Assembly: GCA_002104945.1 (NCBI GenBank)
Contig: MCFH01000050.1
Location: 248,001-312,000 of the forward strand
DNA from: Piromyces finnis finn
Lineage: Eukaryota; Fungi; Neocallimastigomycota
Direction: 5' to 3'
Length of the DNA: 64,000 nucleotides
This document shows positions 13,233-22,744 of the stretch, piece by piece; positions within the stretch are counted from its first letter, which is position 1; every line of letters starts with the position of its first letter. The notes under the pieces were generated by a model that did not search any database, was not told where the DNA came from, and saw nothing but the letters and a program-made list of their open reading frames with translations. A program made the position numbers and the translations under genes.

Positions 13233-13739
13233 CCCTCTTGGGAACGTGCCTTCATTTATTTAATAAATGTAGTTTCTCAAGGGGGTCTACTCATGCTCAT
13301 GGTACTGAGAGAGTAGAAAGAATTAAATCCAAGTATTGCGCAATGGATGCTTGGTGCCCTCTTAGGAATGTGCCTTCATTTATTTAATAAATGTAATTTC
13401 TCAAGGGGGTCTACTCATGCTCATGGTACTGAGAGAGTAGAAAGAGCCCTCTTGGGAACGTGCCTTCATTTATTTAATAAATGTAGTTTCTCAAGGGGGT
13501 CTACTCATGCTCATGGTACTGAGAGAGTAGAAAGAATTAAATCCAAGTATTGCGCAATGGATGCTTGGTGCCCTCTTAGGAATGTGCCTTCATTTATTTA
13601 ATAAATGTAATTTCTCAAGGGGGTCTACTCATGCTCATGGTACTGAGAGAGTAGAAAGAATTAAATCCAAGCATTGCGCAATGGATGCTTGGTTAGTCTT
13701 CAAGGGAAAATTATTAGGACTAAGCTCATGGTACTGAGC
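13233..13739 (+). repeat. Tandem array in the LINE 5' UTR: four ~90-bp A monomers and three ~34-bp B spacers (A-B-A'-A-B-A'-B) plus an extra GCTCATGGTACTGAGC hairpin
   Basis: A starts at 13233, 13356, 13446 and 13570. B (ATTAAATCCAAGYATTGCGCAATGGATGCTTGGT) follows the 1st, 3rd and 4th A. The higher-order unit is about 213 bp. Confidence 0.95.
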
Positions 13740-14338
13740 GATTAAAAAACATTTTATTCATCAAATTTAAGTATTTGATGAATAAGTGAATGTTTGATTT
13801 TTCAGGTAAGTTTGTATAGTATTTAATTAGAAGAGTAATACATTTTGTTGCTGTATTTTTTCTTTTATTCATGTATTCATGTAGTACTACTCTTCTCTTG
13901 TAAGAATCCAATGTAGTCAACTTTAGCATTTGCATTGTACTTTTATATTCATGTAGCTATTGTTGTATTGTTTCTTGTAAGAGACTGATTCACTCTACAT
14001 CATGTAAAAATACTATTCACAAGCTTTCTGGTGTCGACATTCTTGATTCAAATTTTTTACCAATTTAAATATTTAATGAAAAGTAAAGTCAAACAAGTTT
14101 AGTGTCAAAAAGCGAATCGAATTTACTAACAACAAACCAAAACTAGAATTTTTAAAGAAAATTTACAACTAGAATTCAAAAAAAAAGAAACTTTAAACAA
14201 AGCATCGTAACAATTTTTGTACTATCCAGTACTTTTAAGAAGAGAGAGAGAGACAGATTTTTTTCCATATACGTTATATTTGTAATTTTTATTAGTATTT
14301 ATTTTATATTCAATATTTTTTAATTAGAATTAATTATC

Positions 14339-17300
14339 ATGTCAGTCCTTTATATTAAAGATAAGAATTATATCAGACGTGGTACCCGGTCTTATGGTAT
14401 CCCCTTAGATGATATTCGCTCCTTCTTTATCCGTGGTATTCGATCATGGTCAGTAAATATGCTATGGGAAAAACTCGAGGTTATTCTAGAAGATAAATTT
14501 AATTCAGTTATTAGTGTTAAATATTTTCAAACTTTCAATGATCACTTTTTCTTAGTCAAGGTTCATGGTTCATCAAAAGATTGTATTAAAATCTTACACA
14601 TGTTAAAGAAGAAACTTTCAGTTACCTCAATTTCCTTTTCAGCTCGTAGTAGAAGGAATCACAAATACACTTTTTCCACTCTCAAACGTAAAATTTTAGT
14701 TTCTAATAAATATCAACATTCTATTCAACAATCATTTCAACAATCAGTTCAACAATCAGTTCAACAATCTCATCAACAATCCGATCTTCAACAAGATCTT
14801 CAACAGGATCTTCAACAAGTTTCCCATCATGAAAATATTCCAGATCTACAGCAAACACAATTTCAATCTCAACATTCAACAATTAATTCTAATAGTTCTA
14901 TCAACTCTGATAACAGTTCAATAGTTGATAGTTCTTCAGTTTCACAGCCATCTAGTAATAGTTCTACTTATTCCTCTGATGCATCATCCATTAATAACGA
15001 TGACTTTAATAATAATAATAATAGCAACGATTCTTCCTCATACAACAAGCCTGATAACTTTTCTTTTTGTCTTAGTTGGAACACCAATGGGTGGAATCAT
15101 GAAAAGAGAGATAGTATTAGCTATTTCACAGCTATTTTCAAACCATTATTCTTATGTTTCCAAGAAACTGGTAATGGTTCTAGATTGAATACAGATTATC
15201 CTTGTCGTGTTACTTTGCGAAACTATAGACACTTTTTCAAGAAAGCTGACGAATCAGTTCCGGGAATGAGAGGTTTATATTTAGGTTTTCACAATTCGTG
15301 TCAAGCCTCACTTGAAAACTTCTCTGGAAAGTATATTATTTCTATTTATACTTTTAGTCTCTGGAATAGATTCAAATGCTCGATTGGAAATGTTTATATG
15401 CCTCATAGTCATCACAACATCTATGTTGATCATGCAAAGTTAGAAGTTCGCTTGTGGTTACAAACTCATTCATCCCATCCATCGATTCTTGTTGGTGATT
15501 TTAATATGTCTAAAGTAAAATTATCCAACTGGTTATCAACTAATGGATTAGGAGATTGGGAAATTCTTCCGCTTAGAGGGTCTACTATCTCTTGGACTCG
15601 AGGTGATCAATCTTCCGACATTGACCATGCTCTTATCAATTCGAAGATGAAAGATCTTATTCACTCAGGATCATTTATAAATAATTTTTATCCTGTATCA
15701 GACCATAAGCCACTTCTTATTAATGGTAAAATTATTCCTATGGATGATTTTTCTAATGACTTTAATGTTCCTAAGAAAATTCTGAAATGGAATAGATTAA
15801 AATGTATTGAGGAAAAGGAATCTATTCTCAGTCATAATAAATTCCAAATACTTTCAGCAAAATCCAGCGATCCTAATGTTTCTACAGATGAACTTTCCAA
15901 AGAGTTTACTTCAACTGCTTTTTCAATTGCAGACGAGCTCAGTATTACTTCAGCAAATAATGTTATAAAGTCTTCATTTCATATTTCACAACAAATTTTT
16001 AATCTTCAAAAAATCAAAATGAAGTTGTATAAGAGATTTAAAAAAGAAAGAATTTATGATATAGATGAATTTATTAAAAGAATTAAAATCTACCGTAAAC
16101 TCATTGATTACATCCACAAAAGATGTAATGAATTTAGGAAGCAAGAATATCTTCATTGGATTAAAACAGGATGTGAGTATATGAAGAGTCATAATCCTAA
16201 GAAGGCCTGGAAATGGATCAAGAAAACTGCAAAAATTGGAAAAGATTCCTTCTTTATTGCTCAACCAATTAAAAATAAAAATGGAGAATTAGTTGTTGCT
16301 ACGGAAGAACAACTAGATGTGTGGCATGATCATTTCGAAAAGCTTGCATCAGATCCAAGTGGTGTAAGTCTTGATTTGGAGCATTGGTATGAAGAACCAA
16401 CGAATAAACGTTTTTCACTTCCTATGCTTGATGAGTGGGATATCAACCAAGATATTAGTATTGATGAAGTCAAGTCAGCTATCCTCACTACTCCAAATTA
16501 TAAAGCATCAGGTCCGGATGGTATTCCAATTGAATTTTACAAAGCATTAGTTCCATCAAGTAATGATTCTAATAATGCTACAGATAATAATTCTTCTGGT
16601 AATACTACTTCAGATAATGATGCTCATGGTTTAAATTTTATTCTTAAATTATTCAACCGTATTTGGGATGGAGATTTCCCCAACTCATGGAATGAATCCA
16701 GTATTGTTTCTATTCCTAAGAAGGGAGATTTGACAGATTGTGATAACTATCGAGGTATATCACTTATCAATAATGGTATTAAGTTGATTTCCAAAATTGT
16801 CACCACTAGAATCTCAGAATATGGTTTAAAGAATAATTTCATTAGACCTGAACAATTTGGTTTTCGAAAAAAGGAAGAAAGTATTAGTCTTTTCATTTCA
16901 ATCCAAGAAATATGCCGTAGACGTCAATTAGATAATAAAGAGACATATTTGGCCTTTTTAGATCTCAGGAAAGCATACGATTCAGTCCCAATCGGTAATA
17001 TTCTCCATAAATTAGATTGTTTAGGAATCCGAGGTAAGAGTCTACAATTTATCAAAAATTTATATTTAACATCTAAGGCTAATGTCAAATTAGATGGACA
17101 ATTCTCGAAATCTTTTGATGTGAAGAAAGGAGTCCGTCAAGGTTGCCCACTTTCGCCTATTCTTTTTAATCTCTTTATTAATGATATATTTAAAGAGTGT
17201 GAAGATCTCGGAGTCAGTTTAGGTGACACTCGATGCTGTGGTGGACTTTTTGCAGATGATATAGTTATTTGTGCTCCAACAAGAGGATGCTTAAAAAAGA

Positions 17301-18889
17301 TGCTTAGAAGAGTTAATGAATGGGCCTTGTATAATGAAATGGAATTTGGTATCCAGAAATGTTCAACGATGGTGATTCGTCCTGAATCAATAGAAAATCA
17401 GAACAAGAGAGATCCAACATTTTACTTAGCAGGACAACCCATTCCAACTACTGACTGCTACACTTATCTTGGTGTTCCATTTGATAAGAATCTGTCCCTT
17501 AAACCAGTAATTAAAGCTCTTAATAACAAGGTTTTGAAAGGGCTTTTCTCAGTCAGTAAATTCTTAAGAAATCCTAATATTCCTATTCCTTTCAAAAAAC
17601 TAGTACTTAACTCTCAAGTGATTAGCAGAGTTTCATACTTTGCACCATTACTTGGATCCAACAAAGCTAGGTCTAGGATTGCTCAGAAGCATGTTAACAA
17701 AGGAATACGATGGGTTGCCGGAGTTCATAAAGCTGTATCGTTTATATCTTTATACTCTATTTCAAAAGATTTGAATATTCCTCCATTGTCAGCCAAATGT
17801 GCGTTAGCTCAGGTTAGATGTTTTAACAAATGGAAAAACTCAAATTGTATTATCTCACACCTTGTCAATTACATTCCTAAATTTAGAAAATACACGTGGT
17901 GCAAATCAAGTAGGACACTTGATAAAAAACTAAAGAAACATGGAGATGTTAAAGCAGTTAAAAACTTTTATTGGAAAGATCTCAAAGGGAATTCAATCAA
18001 AGCGCAATATTATGATGATAATAAATTTATTGAAACTAAAGATTTTATTAAATTATGTTATGAATACCCAGAGTTTGCCTATGGCTTCTACTGGCTATTG
18101 AAAGCAAGAAGCGGATACAAGTTGGATGCTAGAGTTGCCAAAGCTGCTAAATTTGTTGATCCAATTTGTCCTAACTACTGTCCATGTTGCAAGTGTGGTG
18201 TTCAAAGTATTAAACATTGGTTATTAGATTGTCCAACATTTAGAGATATCCGTATTAAACATTATGATTCCATAGTCCAGCTATTAAATTTTTTCAGTCA
18301 ACGTAATTCCAATAGTCCTATCAATAATAATGAAATTGATAATGTCAGTAGAGATAGCAATAACAGTAATAGTAATAGTAACAATAATAATAATAACAAT
18401 AGTAATAATAACAATAGTAGTAATAGTAATAATAGAAATAGTAATAATAACAATAGTAGTAATAGAAATAATAATATTAATAATGATAGCAATAGTGAAG
18501 ATAATAATTCTAATTTAGATAGTAATTTAGTTAATGATAGTAATAGTTCTAATAATCCGGTGAATATTAATGTGTATGATTATTCTAGTGTGTGCAGTAA
18601 AATATTTAAATTCCTTCTTGGGGGAAGAAGTTTTAACAATATTAATTACAATTCAAGGGAATGGAAAGAACTTTGTAAGCGTCAGATTCAATCTGGTACT
18701 AATGAAGGAGCACCATTCTTGACGGTAACCGCGGAACTTCTAACCAAAATCATGCCTTTTGCTATTGGCCAGCAATGGTCAATGTTCAAAAGGTTTGAAG
18801 CAACATCCAAGAGCGTCAATGCTGAAGAAACAGTAAGACAGGCCAGGAGGGCCAGCGCAACCAATGGAGATCATAATTTTGTCCCATGA
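14339..18889 (+). CDS. LINE polyprotein, 1516 aa: N-terminal RRM-like and Q/S-rich region, AP endonuclease, reverse transcriptase, C-terminal CCHC-type finger
   Basis: APE motifs SWNTNG, CFQETG, LVGDFN, DIDHALI and SDHKP. RT motifs GPDGIP, YRGISL, QFGFR, FLDLRKAYDSV, GVRQGCPLSPILFNLFIND, LFADD and YTYLG. Zinc finger CPCCKCGVQSIKHWLLDC. Confidence 0.97.
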   Translation: MSVLYIKDKNYIRRGTRSYGIPLDDIRSFFIRGIRSWSVNMLWEKLEVILEDKFNSVISVKYFQTFNDHFFLVKVHGSSKDCIKILHMLKKKLSVTSISFSARSRRNHKYTFSTLKRKILVSNKYQHSIQQSFQQSVQQSVQQSHQQSDLQQDLQQDLQQVSHHENIPDLQQTQFQSQHSTINSNSSINSDNSSIVDSSSVSQPSSNSSTYSSDASSINNDDFNNNNNSNDSSSYNKPDNFSFCLSWNTNGWNHEKRDSISYFTAIFKPLFLCFQETGNGSRLNTDYPCRVTLRNYRHFFKKADESVPGMRGLYLGFHNSCQASLENFSGKYIISIYTFSLWNRFKCSIGNVYMPHSHHNIYVDHAKLEVRLWLQTHSSHPSILVGDFNMSKVKLSNWLSTNGLGDWEILPLRGSTISWTRGDQSSDIDHALINSKMKDLIHSGSFINNFYPVSDHKPLLINGKIIPMDDFSNDFNVPKKILKWNRLKCIEEKESILSHNKFQILSAKSSDPNVSTDELSKEFTSTAFSIADELSITSANNVIKSSFHISQQIFNLQKIKMKLYKRFKKERIYDIDEFIKRIKIYRKLIDYIHKRCNEFRKQEYLHWIKTGCEYMKSHNPKKAWKWIKKTAKIGKDSFFIAQPIKNKNGELVVATEEQLDVWHDHFEKLASDPSGVSLDLEHWYEEPTNKRFSLPMLDEWDINQDISIDEVKSAILTTPNYKASGPDGIPIEFYKALVPSSNDSNNATDNNSSGNTTSDNDAHGLNFILKLFNRIWDGDFPNSWNESSIVSIPKKGDLTDCDNYRGISLINNGIKLISKIVTTRISEYGLKNNFIRPEQFGFRKKEESISLFISIQEICRRRQLDNKETYLAFLDLRKAYDSVPIGNILHKLDCLGIRGKSLQFIKNLYLTSKANVKLDGQFSKSFDVKKGVRQGCPLSPILFNLFINDIFKECEDLGVSLGDTRCCGGLFADDIVICAPTRGCLKKMLRRVNEWALYNEMEFGIQKCSTMVIRPESIENQNKRDPTFYLAGQPIPTTDCYTYLGVPFDKNLSLKPVIKALNNKVLKGLFSVSKFLRNPNIPIPFKKLVLNSQVISRVSYFAPLLGSNKARSRIAQKHVNKGIRWVAGVHKAVSFISLYSISKDLNIPPLSAKCALAQVRCFNKWKNSNCIISHLVNYIPKFRKYTWCKSSRTLDKKLKKHGDVKAVKNFYWKDLKGNSIKAQYYDDNKFIETKDFIKLCYEYPEFAYGFYWLLKARSGYKLDARVAKAAKFVDPICPNYCPCCKCGVQSIKHWLLDCPTFRDIRIKHYDSIVQLLNFFSQRNSNSPINNNEIDNVSRDSNNSNSNSNNNNNNNSNNNNSSNSNNRNSNNNNSSNRNNNINNDSNSEDNNSNLDSNLVNDSNSSNNPVNINVYDYSSVCSKIFKFLLGGRSFNNINYNSREWKELCKRQIQSGTNEGAPFLTVTAELLTKIMPFAIGQQWSMFKRFEATSKSVNAEETVRQARRASATNGDHNFVP

Positions 18890-19125
18890 TAAAATTTTGA
18901 TCTTTGGCTCGGTGTCCCATTGGAAGTCAAATACAATTATTATACTTTAGTATGATAGTGGCTTTCTTACTTTAATTAAAATTACTAGAATACATTATAC
19001 CCAGTTTTTATTCATTTGTGTTTATTTAAACATATTTTTTTTATTTTTATTTTTATTTTTAATTTTTTATTACATGTATTATAATTTTAATTAAATTAAT
19101 AATAAAGTTTAAAATATTTGATGCC

Positions 19126-19179
<54 letters not shown>

Positions 19180-19251
19180 ACTTCAGCAAATAATGTTATA
19201 AAGTCTTCATTTCATATTTCACAACAAATTTTTAATCTTCAAAAAATCAAA

Positions 19252-22122
19252 ATGAAGTTGTATAAGAGATTTAAAAAAGAAAGAATTTATGATATAGATG
19301 AATTTATTAAAAGAATTAAAATCTACCGTAAACTCATTGATTACATCCACAAAAGATGTAATGAATTTAGGAAGCAAGAATATCTTCATTGGATTAAAAC
19401 AGGATGTGAGTATATGAAGAGTCATAATCCTAAGAAGGCCTGGAAATGGATCAAGAAAACTGCAAAAATTGGAAAAGATTCTTTCTTTATTGCTCAACCA
19501 ATTAAAAATAAAAATGGAGAATTAGTTGTTGCTACGGAAGAACAACTAGATGTGTGGCATGATCATTTCGAAAATCTTGCATCAGACCCAAGTGGTGTAA
19601 GTCTTGATTTGGAGCATTGGTATGAAGAACCAACGAATAAACGTTTTTCACTTCCTATGCTTGATGAGTGGGATATCAACCAAGATATTAGTATTGATGA
19701 AGTCAAGTCAGCTATCCTCACTACTCCAAATTATAAAGCATCAGGTCCGGATGGTATTCCAATTGAATTTTACAAAGCATTAGTTCCATCAAGTAATGAT
19801 TCTAATAATGTTACAGATAATATTTCTTCTGGTAATACCACTTCAGATAATGATGCTCATGGTTTAAATTTTATTCTTAAATTATTCAACCGTATTTGGG
19901 ATGGAGATTTCCCCAACTCATGGAATGAATCCAGTATTGTTTCTATTCCTAAGAAGGGAGATTTGACAGATTGTGATAACTATCGAGGTATATCACTTAT
20001 CAATAATGGTATTAAGTTGATTTCCAAAATTGTCACCACTAGAATCTCAGAATATGGTTTAAAGAATAATTTCATTAGACCTGAACAATTTGGTTTTCGA
20101 AAAAAGGAAGAAAGTATTAGTCTTTTCATTTCAATCCAAGAAATATGCCGTAGACGTCAATTAGATAATAAAGAGACATATTTGGCCTTTTTAGATCTCA
20201 GGAAAGCATACGATTCAGTCCCAATCGGTAATATTCTCCATAAATTAGATTGTTTAGGAATCCGAGGTAAGAGTCTACAATTTATCAAAAATTTATATTT
20301 AACATCTAAGGCTAATGTCAAATTAGATGGACAATTCTCGAAATCTTTTGATGTGAAGAAAGGAGTCCGTCAAGGTTGCCCTCTTTCTCCTATTCTCTTT
20401 AATCTCTTTATTAATGATATATTTAGAGAGTGCGAAGATCTAGGAGTCAGTTTAGGTGACACTCGATGCTGTGGTGGACTTTTTGCAGATGATATAGTTA
20501 TTTGTGCTCCAACAAGAGGATGCTTAAAAAAGATGCTTAGAAGAGTTAATGAATGGGCATTGTATAATGAAATGGAATTTGGTATCCAGAAATGTTCAAC
20601 GATGGTGATTCGTCCTGAATCAATAGAAAATCAGAACAAGAGAGATCCAACATTTTACTTAGCAGGACAACCCATTCCAACTACTGACTGCTACACTTAT
20701 CTTGGTGTTCCATTTGATAAGAATCTGTCCCTTAAACCAGTAATTAAAGCTCTTAATAACAAGGTTTTGAAAGGGCTTTTCTCAGTCAGTAAATTCTTAA
20801 GAAATCCTAATATTCCTATTCCTTTCAAAAAACTAGTACTTAACTCACAAGTGATTAGCAGAGTTTCATACTTTGCACCATTACTTGGATCCAACAAAGC
20901 TAGGTCTAGGATTGCTCAGAAGCATGTTAACAAAGGAATACGATGGGTTGCCGGAGTTCATAAAGCTATATCGTTTATATCTTTATACTCTATTTCAAAA
21001 GATTTGAATATTCCTCCATTGTCAGCCAAATGTGCGTTAGCTCAGGTTAGATGTTTTAACAAATGGAAAAACTCAAATTGTATTATCTCACACCTTGTCA
21101 ATTACATTCCTAAATTTAGAAAATACACGTGGTGCAAATCAAGTAGGACACTTGATAAAAAATTAAAGAAACATGGAAATGTTAAAGCAGTTAAAAACTT
21201 TTATTGGAAAGATCTCAAAGGGAATTCAATCAAAGCGCAATATTATGATGATAATAAATTTATTGAAACTAAAGATTTTATTAAATTATGTTATGAGTAC
21301 CCAGAGTTTGCCTATGGCTTCTACTGGCTATTGAAAGCAAGAAGCGGATACAAGTTGGATGCTAGAGTTGCCAAAGCTGCTAAATTTGTTGATCCAGTTT
21401 GTCCTAACTACTGTCCATGTTGCAAGTGTGGTGTTCAAAGTATTAAACATTGGTTATTAGATTGTCCAACATTTAGAGATATCCGTATTAAACATTATGA
21501 TTCCATAGCCCAGCTACTAAATTTTTTCAGTCAATGTAATTCCAATAGTCCTATCAATAATAATGAAATTGATAATGTCAGTAGAGATAGCAATAACAGT
21601 AATAGTAATAGTAACAATAATAATAATAACAATAGTAATAATAACAATAGTAGTAATAGTAATAATAGAAATAGTAATAATAACAATAGTAGTAATAGAA
21701 ATAATAATATTAATAATGATAGCAATAGTGAAGATAATAATTCTAATTTAAATAGTAATTTAGTTAATGATAGTAATAGTTCTAATAATCCGGTGAATAT
21801 TAATGTGTATGATTATTCTAGTGTGTGCAGTAAAATATTTAAATTCCTTCTTGGGGGAAGAAGTTTTAACAATATTAATTACAATTCAAGGGAATGGAAA
21901 GAACTTTGTAAGCGTCAGATTCAATCTGATACTAACGAAGGAACACCATTCTTGACGGTAACCGCGGAACTTCTAACCAAAATCATGCCTTTTGCTATTG
22001 GCCAGCAATGGTCAATGTTCAAAAGATTTGAAGCAACATCCAAGAGCGTCAATGCTGAAGAAACAGTAAGACAGGCCAGGAGGGCCAGCGCAACCAATGG
22101 AGATCATAATTTTGTTCCATGA
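19252..22122 (+). pseudogene. RT plus C-terminal part of the host LINE ORF (endonuclease missing); frame still open
   Basis: The 956-aa ORF differs from the corresponding part of the 1516-aa ORF at about a dozen residues by my count. It has no promoter or endonuclease. Confidence 0.9.
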
Positions 22123-22518
22123 CAAAATTTTGATCTTTGGCTCGGTGTCCCATTGGAAGTCAAATACAATTATTATACTTTAGTATGATAGTGGCTTTCT
22201 TACTTTAATTAAAATTACTAGAATACATTATACCCAATTTTTATTCATTTGTGTTGATTTAAACATATTTTTTTTTTTTATTTTTTATGTTACATGTATT
22301 ATAACTTTAATTAAATTAATAATAAAGTTTAAAAATATTTGATGTCGTTTAAAAAAAAAAAAAATTGAATTTTAGAATGTTATACATTTTCTGAATACAG
22401 AACTTATTCACTAAACTTTTTTGACGATCTTTTTACCTTTTTTCAAAATAAATACAATAATCAATTCATCGCTTACTTACTCCAAAGGGAAGTAAGAAAA
22501 ATAATTTAAAACTATATT

Positions 22519-22624
22519 TTTACGTTCCTTCATGGTGGAACTTTAGCTTATGATGAGCTATAAATCGATAAGGCGGAACAAAGATATTTGAATGAACAGC
22601 TTTACAGTTCATCGGGGTCTCATG
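22519..22624 (+). repeat. Dispersed hairpin-rich repeat, copy 1
   Basis: CGTTCCTTCATGGTGGAACTTTAGCTTATGATGAGCTA...CAAAGATATTTGAATGAACAGCTTTACAGTTCATCGGGGTCTCATG matches the reverse complement of 60196-60288 apart from a few substitutions and one indel. Confidence 0.85.
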
Positions 22625-22744
22625 TTCCATAGGTAGAGGGTCCGCGGCTTTTCTTACTAAAACAATTCCTATCATTAGTAGCTACTTTTTTGATAGGTTT
22701 AATAAGACACCTAACATAATCAAGAGCGCCAACGTCGTACCGAT

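Larger units (their letters stand above)
13233..19177 (+). mobile_element. Apparently full-length non-LTR retrotransposon (LINE) with 5' monomer array, single ORF, 3' UTR and A49 tail
   Basis: TSD TTACTTCAGCAA at 13221-13232 and 19178-19189 (13 bp if the preceding A is counted). Intact APE-RT-CCHC ORF. Poly(A) at 19129-19177. Confidence 0.93.
13167..22364 (+). mobile_element. 5'-truncated host LINE copy (13167-13232 plus 19178-22364), split by insertion of a full-length copy of the same family
   Basis: 13167-13232 matches the ORF-internal sequence from about 15891 (AACTTTCCAAAGAG...TTACTTCAGCAA), and the match resumes at 19178 (TTACTTCAGCAAATAATG...). It ends in a homologous 3' UTR and A14 at 22351-22364. 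No TSD was found for this copy. Confidence 0.88.

Noticed and set aside
13233-13693. Repeat array as a CRISPR array or a known ribozyme class
   Set aside because: The context is eukaryotic, there are no unique spacers and no cas genes. The HDV, hammerhead, twister and pistol core motifs could not be placed.
12842-13935. Short ORFs in the track (12842-13090, 13097-13387, 13347-13601 and others)
   Set aside because: They are chance frames across the SINE, poly(A) and UTR repeats, with no coding signature.
19178-22364. Second LINE copy as a simple tandem or segmental duplication, or an LTR structure
   Set aside because: The TSD and the orphan 13167-13232 fragment explain it as a nested insertion. 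There are no LTRs, integrase or gag.
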